A stretch of DNA of 64,000 nt, from the sequence record MZ436830.1; one strand, 5' to 3'. Source of the stretch: Escherichia phage JK1. Shown one piece after another: positions 9,254 through 19,144 of this stretch. Below the pieces are notes generated by a model. That model worked only from the letters and a program-made list of their open reading frames with translations, was not told the origin of the DNA and did not search any database. The position numbers and the translations under genes were made by a program. The number at the start of each line of letters is the position of its first letter. The first letter of the stretch is position 1.

Positions 9254-10573
9254 TCACACATAAAACACATCATAACGACCACGGGTAACACCAACATAAA
9301 GAAGTTGTTGGGCCAATTCAGCATCTGCATAATGAATACAAGGCGTATAAATGAAAGCACGGTCTACAGACATACCCTGAGCTTTATGGAATGTTGATGC
9401 AGGAAGTGCTTTCACTTTACTAAACTGTGATTTAGCATCCCAAAAATCACTCCACGGAGCTTTTCCGCCTTTGTTCCAATTTTTATAAGTTTCTGCAGTT
9501 TTACCTAAAAATAGGTTAAACTTATATAGCTCTTCATCAGATGAAATTATTTTAATCTTTTCACGATAATATTCATCATCGCCGTAAGTTTCTACTGTTA
9601 AATCCCAATGACGAATTAAGTATTCTCCAGGAACACCACGGGCTTTAACAAACGTTGATGTATACTCTGCTTCTATAATACGAACTAATTGTCCGTTATT
9701 AAAAATAATTTCTGACACAGGCTTTCCATCAATTTTATATGTTTTAATTAATGGTTCCTGCATTACAATAATTTCACCTACAATAAAATCTTTATCAGTT
9801 TCAAAAATCTTTTTACGAATAATGCTATTTAACTTGTCAACAGATTTATTCGTAAATGCCATTACGCGATTTTCAAACAAATCATCTAGAGATTTGACGA
9901 TTGAAAAATAATTTACCATAAAATCGCGTAAAGCGGTATCACCTGTAAATCCACGTACTCCATGCCCGTCAACAACTTTATCATAAATCCACTTACCGTT
10001 GCGAACATCAGTAGCTACATCAATAATAGGAGCATTACTGCGTTTAACTTCAGTAAGTTCACACTGATAAAAATCTTTGTGTATAAAGAATGGACTGATA
10101 TAAGCAGTATTTTCTCCTGGATCAACAGGTCTAATTTGCTTATTATCCCCTATTCCAATTATGGTACACCATGGCGGGATAGTTGAAAGCAGAATTTTAA
10201 ATAGCTTTCTATCATACATTGACACTTCGTCGCAGATTAATACCCTGCATTTAGCTAAATCTGGTACTTCTTTTTGTTCAAAAAGAACGTTTTCTTCATA
10301 TGTTACTGGGTTAATTTTAAGAATACTATGAATAGTACTCGCTTCTTTCCCTGATAGTTTTGAAAGAATCTTTTTAGCCGCATGCGTAGGAGCTGCTAAA
10401 ATAATACCAGTTTCACCCGTAGATATTAAAGCTTCAATGATGAATTTAGTAAGAGTAGTCTTACCGGTACCAGCAGGTCCATTAATAGTTACATGATGTT
10501 TCTTTTCTTTAATAGCCTTCATAACAATGTTAAAGGCATTTTTCTGGCCTTCGGTCAAATCATCAAATGTCAT
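9254..10573 (-). CDS. dda: Dda DNA helicase (SF1B)
   Basis: 439 aa; Walker A GPAGTGKT. Confidence 0.9.
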   Translation of the reverse strand: MTFDDLTEGQKNAFNIVMKAIKEKKHHVTINGPAGTGKTTLTKFIIEALISTGETGIILAAPTHAAKKILSKLSGKEASTIHSILKINPVTYEENVLFEQKEVPDLAKCRVLICDEVSMYDRKLFKILLSTIPPWCTIIGIGDNKQIRPVDPGENTAYISPFFIHKDFYQCELTEVKRSNAPIIDVATDVRNGKWIYDKVVDGHGVRGFTGDTALRDFMVNYFSIVKSLDDLFENRVMAFTNKSVDKLNSIIRKKIFETDKDFIVGEIIVMQEPLIKTYKIDGKPVSEIIFNNGQLVRIIEAEYTSTFVKARGVPGEYLIRHWDLTVETYGDDEYYREKIKIISSDEELYKFNLFLGKTAETYKNWNKGGKAPWSDFWDAKSQFSKVKALPASTFHKAQGMSVDRAFIYTPCIHYADAELAQQLLYVGVTRGRYDVFYV

Positions 10574-10881
10574 CGGAAAGTCCCTGCAATTGGAATACTA
10601 ACAATACGCCCAGTATCTAAAATTCGCTGATATAATCTTTGTGTATCTACATCAGGCTTAACATGTTTAACTTCTATTTTATTAAACCAAAACTTGCGTG
10701 GAGTCTCAACTAATCTTGGAATTCCCTTACCTAAAGCTAATCGATACTGCTCTTTAAGAGTAGTAAATACTTTATCAGCAATATTCCATTCAAAAAATAC
10801 AGCAGGACGATGTTCATCAAGTGGAACTGGCGCTGTAAATCCGTCTTTGTCTCGGTAAACTATCGCATATACATAAACCAT
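10570..10881 (-). CDS. hypothetical protein
   Basis: 103-aa ORF; ATGA overlap with dda. Confidence 0.5.
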   Translation of the reverse strand: MVYVYAIVYRDKDGFTAPVPLDEHRPAVFFEWNIADKVFTTLKEQYRLALGKGIPRLVETPRKFWFNKIEVKHVKPDVDTQRLYQRILDTGRIVSIPIAGTFR

Positions 10882-10882
10882 A

Positions 10883-11629
10883 TTATCCTCGGATAAGTTT
10901 AAAAATTGAACAATTTAGCGGGTATCCTCTTTTCAGTTTAAGTTTATCAATAAAAGACAAGTTTTGATACCGCTCTACACCTTGAATAATTTTATCACAC
11001 ATATCATATTGCATTTCTGCTTCTGACAACTTTTTCACAATTTTCCAATCCGAGCCTTTAAGAAGAACGTTCAGTTTAACAACTTCAGCGCCTTCTGCTA
11101 TGCGAGAACCATCAATACGAGCTTTAAGTGCTATAATTCTTAGCTTAATGTCAGAGGTCTGTTTTGATTTAGAAAGCTGAGAAATGTGTTCAATTCGGTT
11201 TTCACGTTTTTTCTGTATAGCTTTAATTTGATTATAAGTCTTTTTGATTTTAGCCCATTTCTTTTCATCTAAATTTAGTTTATGAACTTTTTTCGCAGAT
11301 GAACGACCAATTCGCAAAGCAAATAAATCACGCTTTTCAATTAACTCTTCTAAAGTATAATCAGAACGAAATGTATTATACTTTTTCTTTACTGCAATAA
11401 CATTTCCTTTAATGTATCCAACGTTATTATCAAAACGTTCTAATGATAATTTCTCTCCTTCAATACGATTATCAAAAGGTTCTCCCGAGTAAGCACAAAC
11501 TTTTTGATCTAAAATGTTCTTAATGTAATTGAAGTCTAAGTTAAAATCTTTAGAACGTCTTTTTGCAGATGCCTGAGTATGCTCTAAACGACGTTTAATT
11601 TTACGAATTTGGTTATTAGACAGCTTCAT
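10883..11629 (-). CDS. lysine-rich basic protein (srd position, possibly Srd-like)
   Basis: 248-aa ORF between dda and modA; identity by position only. Confidence 0.4.
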   Translation of the reverse strand: MKLSNNQIRKIKRRLEHTQASAKRRSKDFNLDFNYIKNILDQKVCAYSGEPFDNRIEGEKLSLERFDNNVGYIKGNVIAVKKKYNTFRSDYTLEELIEKRDLFALRIGRSSAKKVHKLNLDEKKWAKIKKTYNQIKAIQKKRENRIEHISQLSKSKQTSDIKLRIIALKARIDGSRIAEGAEVVKLNVLLKGSDWKIVKKLSEAEMQYDMCDKIIQGVERYQNLSFIDKLKLKRGYPLNCSIFKLIRG

Positions 11630-11750
11630 ATTTTTCTCACATCTTACGGACGGTTAACTACTTATACTATAACATTTTTACTTCAGCTTGTAAACAACTT
11701 TATGAAAATGCTTTAAAACTTTCATGGTATAATGAATCTAAGTCCTTCCA

Positions 11751-12353
11751 TTATAGATTAAATCCTTCAAAGTCAAGAGTATAGATAGTGTATGTTGAAT
11801 ACTTTTTATACTCGTATCTATCCGCAATTCTAAATACACTTCCAGCTGGTATCATTACTTCTTGTTCATCTGAAACTAATTCCATATTACGATAGCGATG
11901 GCTATCTGGAAACTTAAAACTTGGGCTATATTCTTTACAACGTAAAGCTTTTATAGCATACTCCTGGAAATTAAACACCATAGGAGCTTTGAATTCAAAA
12001 ATAACTTGTGTGTTGTATTCTAATCCAGAAGCAAAATGTAGAGCTATATTTTTATCATATGAAGCTGATACTACTTTATCAAATGTAATAATATCAATTC
12101 CTTGATTTAACACCTGTTTAGTCTCAACTGGAACACCTCTCCAAAGAGGTTTATCGTTTGGAACCAAACGAGATTTGATTATTTCATTTAACCAAGAATG
12201 ATCGTCTGGCTTATTAGTAATACAATGAATTAAAAGTTCAATTTCGGATAAATTAAATCCTTCAGAAAGTAATTCTTCACGAATAGAAGCACGCACCGAT
12301 GCATCCATTGATTTTATTTTAAAATCTTTTAGTTGCATTACTGAGTATTTCAT
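11751..12353 (-). CDS. modA: ADP-ribosyltransferase ModA
   Basis: 200 aa; R (LWRG), S-x-S (VVSASY) and E-x-E (EQEVMIP) ART motifs. Confidence 0.8.
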   Translation of the reverse strand: MKYSVMQLKDFKIKSMDASVRASIREELLSEGFNLSEIELLIHCITNKPDDHSWLNEIIKSRLVPNDKPLWRGVPVETKQVLNQGIDIITFDKVVSASYDKNIALHFASGLEYNTQVIFEFKAPMVFNFQEYAIKALRCKEYSPSFKFPDSHRYRNMELVSDEQEVMIPAGSVFRIADRYEYKKYSTYTIYTLDFEGFNL

Positions 12354-12985
12354 TCAACTACCTCAATATCATACACTTTAAATGTTCCAAACGAATCGTG
12401 TAATTTTTCTTTTGAAATAGAAGTTATTTTATACTTTCCAATTGGAATCATCCATTCTTGTTCACGTACAATCATCATTAAGTTATCAGTACGTTCTGAA
12501 TCTAATCCATCAGTATCTTCATATGTATACTTAAACTCAGTATTAGGAGAAGAAAGTATAATATCGCTGATATGGTCAGAATAATTAAAAGCTTTATCAG
12601 TTTTTAAGCGAAGTATTGTGTCAGTGAAATATTCGGCATAAGAAAAAGAACATGCTGTATGCAAACTAGTAGTAAATGAATCTACTCTGTTCGTTGAAAA
12701 CACTTCTCCGACTTGTAAATCTTTAATGAGTTCTTTTGTCGATTTTGATATACCACGATATAGCTGATAAGGCGATTTAGTTAAATGCTTTTTAACGATT
12801 TTATTCAACTGCTGATGAAGAGCTTCATTCTTTTTGGCTTCCATACATTGCCAAAGAATTGATTGTTCAAAGTCAGTAAATTTTTCACAGACCTTTTTAT
12901 ACATATCATATTGAAAATCGACACTTTCAGCTTTTATAGATAACTGTTCAACATCTGCAAGATTAATAATCATGATAGCCTCCAT
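12350..12985 (-). CDS. modB: ADP-ribosyltransferase ModB
   Basis: 211 aa; YRG, STN and EQEWMIP ART motifs. Confidence 0.8.
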   Translation of the reverse strand: MEAIMIINLADVEQLSIKAESVDFQYDMYKKVCEKFTDFEQSILWQCMEAKKNEALHQQLNKIVKKHLTKSPYQLYRGISKSTKELIKDLQVGEVFSTNRVDSFTTSLHTACSFSYAEYFTDTILRLKTDKAFNYSDHISDIILSSPNTEFKYTYEDTDGLDSERTDNLMMIVREQEWMIPIGKYKITSISKEKLHDSFGTFKVYDIEVVE

Positions 12986-13040
12986 ATACTTCAGAAGCTA
13001 TCATATCATTGTTAGGAAGGAAAGTAAACAACTTTTTGAA

Positions 13041-13223
13041 TTATTTTGCCCAGGGAGCCCAGGGCGGAGGGTCAAGATAGTATGAAGCTAGTTCTTCTAG
13101 AAGAGCATCTGGGGCTTCAATTCCATAATTCTGTAATACTATACGGTACTCTTTCTTATAATCACTAGAATCATTCTGGATATTCGTAGAATGATTATCT
13201 TCTAACATCTCAAATAAATCCAT
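13041..13223 (-). CDS. small hypothetical protein
   Basis: 60-aa ORF. Confidence 0.4.
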   Translation of the reverse strand: MDLFEMLEDNHSTNIQNDSSDYKKEYRIVLQNYGIEAPDALLEELASYYLDPPPWAPWAK

Positions 13224-13231
13224 ATTAATTC

Positions 13232-13702
13232 CTAGCGATAAAAACCAAATTGACGATTAGCTTCAATAATCTTTCTTTCTTCTTCGGACATTCTCCAGCG
13301 TAGTCCAACATCAAAATGAGCCCAGACCATCTTAACAAATGCATTTATATCTTTAATATCTTCAATAATGAATGTTTTACTTTTAGAAGGTTGACTAGCT
13401 AATTTAACTTTATCGTCTTCAAACAGGTCAAAAAGACCATATTCATGAGCTCTTTTATAGCCTTTAATAGTTAAAGCTTCAGAAGAAGAAAACGGTGAAT
13501 CAGTATTCTGTAAAATATCTTCAGTATGCTTTATAATTAGAATAACATTTTCTGGATATTTTCTTTCTTTTATATCTTTAATTAAAATATCCGGATTTTC
13601 TGCTAAAGGAATAATTAATGAACAATTTTTATCAAGCGTATTTACTGATTTACCTTCTTTAGACATAAATTCTATTGAATAATGTTTTGCTACTTCAATC
13701 AT
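13232..13702 (-). CDS. hypothetical protein
   Basis: 156-aa ORF. Confidence 0.5.
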   Translation of the reverse strand: MIEVAKHYSIEFMSKEGKSVNTLDKNCSLIIPLAENPDILIKDIKERKYPENVILIIKHTEDILQNTDSPFSSSEALTIKGYKRAHEYGLFDLFEDDKVKLASQPSKSKTFIIEDIKDINAFVKMVWAHFDVGLRWRMSEEERKIIEANRQFGFYR

Positions 13703-13855
13703 GTGATTTCCTTTTGCCTACTAATGGACCGTCAGGAATTTTGTTTTCCTGAATGTATTTCTCATTTTCTTCCATCATTTTACTGCCAATTTTAAGAAGC
13801 AAATCCATTGCTTCATTTGCTTTAGCTTTAGCCTCTTCTAACGCCATATTCTTGT

Positions 13856-14059
13856 TCATGATTTATCCCCATAGATGTCTCTCATTAATTTAAGCGCTGA
13901 GCGTTCTAATTTCTTTTCTTTCTCAGCACTAATCATTGATTTCATCCATTCTTCTGATTCGTTCTGCATTTCTTTATTTGCTTGTTCAACCCAACCATCG
14001 TCAATATACATTGAGTTTGGTCTACTGAACCATTCAAGCATTTTCTTCAGAACTTTCAT
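13856..14059 (-). CDS. small hypothetical protein
   Basis: 67-aa ORF. Confidence 0.45.
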   Translation of the reverse strand: MKVLKKMLEWFSRPNSMYIDDGWVEQANKEMQNESEEWMKSMISAEKEKKLERSALKLMRDIYGDKS

Positions 14060-14519
14060 CTGTTTTACCTAAAACAACAGTAGGAGCATCATCAAATTCA
14101 TGAATTTTTAGCAAATTTGGATGTAAACTATTCCATACAGAAGAAATAAAGTATGATAAAGCATCTTCGTCCACAATTATAAATTTATTTCCTTTATCTA
14201 TTTTCCAACTATATACTGAATCGTACGAATAAAAAGATAAAGGTTCATCATTATATTTTTCTGTGTTAACATTAATGTATTCTGATTTAGTAAATGCTTC
14301 AATTGCTCTAAATGGAATATTTGGCACAGTTTCAATAATACCAATCTTTTTAAGTTTTATTTCAGCATCTTCTGGAACTGGCATTGAAACGAAATTTTCT
14401 ACGAGATACATTGGGTCACAATAACCCTTATCAATCATTACCGCTACGGTAATTGGAACATCTTTAGCAAACGACAAACTATTACTGCTAATATACATTT
14501 CAAACAAAATCGCTTCCAT
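14034..14519 (-). CDS. hypothetical protein
   Basis: start trimmed to ATG with GAGGA SD. Confidence 0.5.
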   Translation of the reverse strand: MEAILFEMYISSNSLSFAKDVPITVAVMIDKGYCDPMYLVENFVSMPVPEDAEIKLKKIGIIETVPNIPFRAIEAFTKSEYINVNTEKYNDEPLSFYSYDSVYSWKIDKGNKFIIVDEDALSYFISSVWNSLHPNLLKIHEFDDAPTVVLGKTDESSEENA

Positions 14520-14527
14520 AATTTTCC

Positions 14528-14866
14528 TCAATCACAAGATGTAGATGAACAACTAGAATCACAAGAACTTCCGCATGAATCGCCCGTCCATACATGAACA
14601 GGAACATTAGTATCATATGAATCAGAACTAGACTGTGTATTCTGCGTATTAGATGATGTAGGTGTTGACCAACGCCAAGGATTTTTATAATATTCCTGGG
14701 CTTCTTCATAAGTCATAGTAACTGCTTCTACTGTTCCATCTCCCATATAAACATATTCAACTACAGTTAAAGGAAGGTAGTCATTTGAAATAGGAACTAC
14801 ACCTTCTCCGGGAGTTGTAGAGAAAAAATCCGTAAAGAAACTTTTAAACCAATTAAAGATAAACAT
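14528..14866 (-). CDS. hypothetical protein with Cys/Ser-rich C-terminal tail
   Basis: 112 aa; tail [18 protein letters not shown]. Confidence 0.5.
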   Translation of the reverse strand: MFIFNWFKSFFTDFFSTTPGEGVVPISNDYLPLTVVEYVYMGDGTVEAVTMTYEEAQEYYKNPWRWSTPTSSNTQNTQSSSDSYDTNVPVHVWTGDSCGSSCDSSCSSTSCD

Positions 14867-15072
14867 TACAAAAAGCCTCTTTTGAATTCGACTTGCTTTT
14901 CGCCATAATCATATCGAATCTCTGCATTAAATTCGACAGAACCATCTGCGTACATCATAAATGAATGCACAACAACTTCTGTAGACCATGGCTGTAGTTC
15001 ATATTTCTTCATTACATGCCGTGAAATGATAATATCTAAATCTTCATTTGGTTTAATCCAGCGATTTAACAT
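14866..15072 (-). CDS. small hypothetical protein
   Basis: 68-aa ORF downstream of early promoter. Confidence 0.45.
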   Translation of the reverse strand: MLNRWIKPNEDLDIIISRHVMKKYELQPWSTEVVVHSFMMYADGSVEFNAEIRYDYGEKQVEFKRGFL

Positions 15073-15098
15073 AGTGCTCTCCTCTATAAGATAATTCT

Positions 15099-15128
15099 AT
15101 TATACCATACTCATTTTGGAAAGTAAAC
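15099..15128 (-). promoter_or_regulatory. early promoter
   Basis: GTTTAC-N18-TGGTATAAT. Confidence 0.55.
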
Positions 15129-15138
15129 CATTTAAATG

Positions 15139-15161
15139 AAAAAGGACTCCCGAAGGAGTCC
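15139..15161 (-). terminator. rho-independent terminator after soc
   Basis: GGACUCC-UUCG-GGAGUCC followed by UUUUU. Confidence 0.6.
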
Positions 15162-15169
15162 TTGAATTA

Positions 15170-15406
15170 TTAACCACCTATTTCTGTAGGTGTAAACATT
15201 GCAGCATTCTTAGTTTTCCAAGTTGCTGCATCGGAAACTACATCAGAATAAGCTGCTTTTTCTGACGGAAAGATTTGATAATGAGAATCTGCAATACGGT
15301 GTTCATTTGAATATACATCAAATGCTACAGAAACTTCCATACCTTTAACTTCTTTGCCTTCACCTGCTGGATGAGTAAAGGTCTTGATGTTAACGAAACC
15401 ACCCAT
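15170..15406 (-). CDS. soc: small outer capsid protein Soc
   Basis: 78 aa; VNIKTF...HYQxFPSEKAAYS matches Soc; late promoter upstream, terminator downstream. Confidence 0.85.
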   Translation of the reverse strand: MGGFVNIKTFTHPAGEGKEVKGMEVSVAFDVYSNEHRIADSHYQIFPSEKAAYSDVVSDAATWKTKNAAMFTPTEIGG

Positions 15407-15437
15407 AATAAACTCCTTTATTGTTTAATTACAGGTG

Positions 15438-15445
15438 TATTTATA
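15438..15445 (-). promoter_or_regulatory. late promoter TATAAATA upstream of soc
   Basis: exact TATAAATA about 30 nt before soc ATG, AGGAG SD between. Confidence 0.6.
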
Positions 15446-15590
15446 TCAGTCTTCAATGAAAACTTGTGCCAGGAATTCGTGTTCATCTTGAATTTGTTTA
15501 TATAAAGCCATTACAGCATTTATATTAGAGCTATCTACTTTAAGTTGATAGGCATACCACTCGTGTAAATTAATTAAAGCTTTTTGTCGT

Positions 15591-15815
15591 CTAATAAATT
15601 CTTCTTTGGATATTTTCATTTGAATGCTCTATAATTAATTTTAAGGCTTCTTTACTGACAAAAATTTCATCAAGACCTTCTTCTACACCCCAATCAACTG
15701 CACGAAGCTGATTAGATAAGAGCTCGTATGTGAGCTCTTTGTCATAATTTTTAAATAGCTGGTCAATACGTTTCTTGTGGGCTTTCTTAAGCTGGCGTTT
15801 ATTTAAACGAGCCAT
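15591..15815 (-). CDS. small hypothetical protein
   Basis: 74 aa; TAATG overlap with gene 56. Confidence 0.45.
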   Translation of the reverse strand: MARLNKRQLKKAHKKRIDQLFKNYDKELTYELLSNQLRAVDWGVEEGLDEIFVSKEALKLIIEHSNENIQRRIY

Positions 15816-16333
15816 TAATAACCTCGGTCTTGACGAGCGAAGTTTTCAGCATTTTTCAAATAATAAAGTTTAAAGATTTCTTCAGCCGTAAGACCGAGAC
15901 CTTGGAACATGTTCAGAACGAAATGAAGAATATCAATCATTTCGAATTTAATTTCCAACTGGTCTTGTGGAGACAAATCAGTAATCAGAGTTTCACGTCG
16001 TTCACCATGTTGAGCTTTCCAAGGCTTCCATACAGCAGATGCATCTTTTTCACCATTGCTCATACCACCAAGAGAAGTCAATAGTTCGCGGAATTCATCA
16101 TCAATATAATCTTTCTGATTACGCAACCAATCAACAACTTCGCCTGCGGTAGCCAAATCATCAGGATGACGGTTATATTCAGGTTTATCTTTAGCTAAAC
16201 GAACCTGAAGAGATTTCTGCATATCAAGCATAACTTGCAGCGGGTCTTTTTCATCACCGAGAATATCCCAGTATTCATTTTGAGCTTTATCAGCGCCTTC
16301 AATCAGTTGTGAACATTCATTAAAGTATGCCAT
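15815..16333 (-). CDS. 56: dCTPase/dCDPase (dCTP pyrophosphatase)
   Basis: MAYFNECSQLIEG...; start trimmed to internal ATG to match the ~171-aa protein. Confidence 0.85.
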   Translation of the reverse strand: MAYFNECSQLIEGADKAQNEYWDILGDEKDPLQVMLDMQKSLQVRLAKDKPEYNRHPDDLATAGEVVDWLRNQKDYIDDEFRELLTSLGGMSNGEKDASAVWKPWKAQHGERRETLITDLSPQDQLEIKFEMIDILHFVLNMFQGLGLTAEEIFKLYYLKNAENFARQDRGY

Positions 16334-16367
16334 TATTTTTCCTTTCAATTCATGGGTTAGTAGATTA

Positions 16368-16392
16368 ATTATACAATAAATATATAAAGCAA
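16368..16392 (-). promoter_or_regulatory. middle promoter for gene 56 (MotA box TGCTTTA + TATAAT)
   Basis: TGCTTTA, 11-nt spacer, TATAAT. Confidence 0.5.
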
Positions 16393-16404
16393 TAAGGAGG
16401 ACAT

Positions 16405-16605
16405 ATGGTACAAAAATTAATGGCACTTGTTAATGCCATAAAAGGTAATAAAAAACGTATAGCTTTTACTATTTCTGCTACGGTAGGAATTTTACTCTGG
16501 AATTTTGTTTTATCACCAATTGCTATTGCTCATGGTGTTAATATTCCAGTAATTACTCTTGATACATTCGTAGATTTATCATTTGCTTTGGTTGGGTTAA
16601 TTTAA
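16405..16605 (+). CDS. small hydrophobic membrane protein (plus strand)
   Basis: 66 aa; perfect SD AAGGAGG 6 nt before ATG; convergent with gene 61. Confidence 0.45.
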   Translation: MVQKLMALVNAIKGNKKRIAFTISATVGILLWNFVLSPIAIAHGVNIPVITLDTFVDLSFALVGLI

Positions 16606-17630
16606 ATCTTAGCATATTTAGATAGCCGCATTTTAGCCATCAACCCTTGGGCAATATTATTTTTCATATATTCCATAATTTGTTCAGGGGTTGCACCTTC
16701 CTTTCTAATCATATCATTAACATCTTTTGATTTCCAGGGAGATTTATCCCAAAACATAACCCTTTCTCCTGCATCAACTAATTTAGTCATTCGCTTAATA
16801 GTGTCAGGATGACGAGGTTCATTATCTAAAACCCACACTCGTCTATCTTTAAATGGAACAACTTCTAGGTCTAATTGACCACCCGTAATAGCTATACCAT
16901 TTTCAATAAAAAGTGAATCTATAGGTCCTTCTAGAACATATACATCACCATCTTTAACTCGTTCGACTCCATAGATTTTTGTTGCTTCAGGATAAGCTTT
17001 GATGGTGATATATTTTTGAGGAGCATCTTTCTTTAATGCACGTCCTTGAAAAGACTCAGCTTTTCCATTAGCATTATAAATTGGAATAACAAGACGAGGC
17101 TCAGGTATTTCCTTTTTATATGTTCCCGGTGCTATGCTATTAACTAATTTAGGCCATTCGGTTGTAAACCAAAGATATTTCCATTTATCCTTTGGAATAC
17201 AACGAGCTTTTACATATTTTATAATTGGATGGTCTTCCGCCAATTTATCTAATCTAACACATGACGGAAGAGATTTAATTATTTTCTTTTCAGGTTGTTT
17301 AGGAAGTTCTTTAGGTTTTTCTACTGGACGACTTTTACCTTTTTCTTTTCTTATTTCAAAGATATACTCACGATATAAATCAGGTTCAAACTCCTTTAAA
17401 TATATTCCTATCGGTGCATGATAGTTACAGTTATAACAATGAATATTTCCTTCATTATTATCACCATAATACCATCCACGGGCTTTATTCTGGTCGGTTT
17501 TTGAATCTCCGCAAACAGGGCATCTAAACCGCAATTTAAAAGTTGAACTATTATTTACTTGTGTGAATTTAGGTAAATGAGCTAATGCACGGTATGCAAA
17601 CTCATTATCAATCCAAGGTATTGATGACAT
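16602..17630 (-). CDS. 61: DNA primase
   Basis: 342 aa; N-terminal zinc ribbon CPVCGD...CYNC and TOPRIM-type core. Confidence 0.9.
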   Translation of the reverse strand: MSSIPWIDNEFAYRALAHLPKFTQVNNSSTFKLRFRCPVCGDSKTDQNKARGWYYGDNNEGNIHCYNCNYHAPIGIYLKEFEPDLYREYIFEIRKEKGKSRPVEKPKELPKQPEKKIIKSLPSCVRLDKLAEDHPIIKYVKARCIPKDKWKYLWFTTEWPKLVNSIAPGTYKKEIPEPRLVIPIYNANGKAESFQGRALKKDAPQKYITIKAYPEATKIYGVERVKDGDVYVLEGPIDSLFIENGIAITGGQLDLEVVPFKDRRVWVLDNEPRHPDTIKRMTKLVDAGERVMFWDKSPWKSKDVNDMIRKEGATPEQIMEYMKNNIAQGLMAKMRLSKYAKI

Positions 17631-17632
17631 TT

Positions 17633-17797
17633 TTACTCTTCTTTTTCTTTAGATTCCTCTTTTTTCTTTTTAGGAATCTGTTCAGGACCTTTATTTACTA
17701 CAGCACCTGACGTTGTTCCAGTAGAGATATTTTCAGGATTACCACCTGAATCTCCAGCGACCATATCTTCTTTAATAAATTCTTTATATGTTTTCAT
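17633..17797 (-). CDS. small protein with CTS-like N-terminus MKTYKEFI
   Basis: 54-codon ORF below track cutoff; TAAtATG coupling with upstream gene. Confidence 0.35.
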   Translation of the reverse strand: MKTYKEFIKEDMVAGDSGGNPENISTGTTSGAVVNKGPEQIPKKKKEESKEKEE

Positions 17798-17842
17798 ATT
17801 AACCTCTATTCATAAAAGCATTAAAAATTTGGTCATCAATAG
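17795..17842 (-). repeat. 48-bp direct repeat spanning a gene junction (copy 1)
   Basis: 45/48 identical to 18153-18200. Confidence 0.6.
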
Positions 17843-18155
17843 ATGGCGCAGTAATATTTTCTGCATCATTTAGCAAATCATTAATTTCATCAGATAGCAT
17901 AACACATGTACCTTTATTTCCTGTAATTGTTACTGCACAATTACGAACGTTTTCTTTATCAAATTTTAGGTTAATATTTTCGTAGTGAAAATCCTTTAAT
18001 GCCGAATATATCTTTAAAATGAAATTGTCTTTTACTACAATAAACCCAACCTCACTATTAAAACGCGGTTCATGGAAACTGTAATAAACCTTTTCATCTA
18101 TAAAATCGTATGAAATTTTTTCCATTTTTAAATATGAAAATTCAGAACTATACAT
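17799..18155 (-). CDS. hypothetical protein (C-terminal IDDQIFNAFMNRG tail)
   Basis: 118-aa ORF. Confidence 0.5.
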   Translation of the reverse strand: MYSSEFSYLKMEKISYDFIDEKVYYSFHEPRFNSEVGFIVVKDNFILKIYSALKDFHYENINLKFDKENVRNCAVTITGNKGTCVMLSDEINDLLNDAENITAPSIDDQIFNAFMNRG

Positions 18156-18200
18156 ATTAACCTTTATTCATAAAAGCATTAAAAATTTGATCGTCAATAG
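18153..18200 (-). repeat. 48-bp direct repeat spanning a gene junction (copy 2)
   Basis: 45/48 identical to 17795-17842. Confidence 0.6.
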
Positions 18201-18789
18201 AAACTTTTACTTTAGGCTGTTCTTCAAACGGTAATTCATATCCACATATTACAATTTTGTGATCGATACCAAAATACACAGAAGCAATATTATTAATATT
18301 ATTTTCAGTGAAATCTAAATCAACATCAATATCTTTTTGACTAACGCTCAAAGGATAATTAATACGAATAATTCGATTATCTTTAACAAAGATTCCACCG
18401 ACATACTCTGTGCTGCGTTTAAAGTTTACACGTTTCCTAAATGAAAAATATTCAGGTTCTTTATGGGCTCGACTCATAGGGCTTAAAGTGTATTCCGAAT
18501 ATGAAATATCAAATCCTACACCTTCAATATGAGCCAAAGTATCATGATTAAACCAATTATAATCGTATGCCAAATCCATTAAATTGTAATATGTGAAAGG
18601 CACCGGATTAACATCATATGTTGTACCTTTAAAATCTGCCCAGGCAACGATTTCGTTATCTTTAACAATTACAAAAATTGTGCCAATAAGATATCCACGG
18701 TTATTTTCATCAGGTGTTATATTATAACATTGTGCATCAGGAAATTTACCGTATTTAAACGGTGGATTTTTGTGCATATAATAAATCAT
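18157..18789 (-). CDS. hypothetical protein (C-terminal IDDQIFNAFMNKG tail)
   Basis: 210-aa ORF. Confidence 0.5.
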   Translation of the reverse strand: MIYYMHKNPPFKYGKFPDAQCYNITPDENNRGYLIGTIFVIVKDNEIVAWADFKGTTYDVNPVPFTYYNLMDLAYDYNWFNHDTLAHIEGVGFDISYSEYTLSPMSRAHKEPEYFSFRKRVNFKRSTEYVGGIFVKDNRIIRINYPLSVSQKDIDVDLDFTENNINNIASVYFGIDHKIVICGYELPFEEQPKVKVSIDDQIFNAFMNKG

Positions 18790-18790
18790 A

Positions 18791-19084
18791 TTATTCGCCT
18801 GTGATTTCGGTTACGATATTTTTGTTATTAAAGTTTTTATCGCAATACAGAACATAATTATACTGCATTACACCACCAGACTTAAGCTGTTTTTGCACTT
18901 CAGCTTTCATTTCAGGACGATCGCGCTCAACGATATTCATAATATCTGCTTCAATTTGAGTTTCAACTTCAGTCTGATCCGCAGTCATAGACCATTCACA
19001 CAAATCTTTATCATAACCTGCCATAGCAGGCTGAGCAGCACAAGAAGCTAAAGCAAAAATTGTAGCAAAGATAAATTTTTTCAT
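18791..19084 (-). CDS. secreted 97-aa protein (spackle/Sp-like by size, signal peptide and position)
   Basis: cleavable signal peptide ...AQPAMA; 97 aa. Confidence 0.5.
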   Translation of the reverse strand: MKKFIFATIFALASCAAQPAMAGYDKDLCEWSMTADQTEVETQIEADIMNIVERDRPEMKAEVQKQLKSGGVMQYNYVLYCDKNFNNKNIVTEITGE

Positions 19085-19144
19085 GATAATCTCCTCAGTA
19101 GTTTATGTTTATATAGTATCTCAATTTCCAACAAAAGTAAACAG

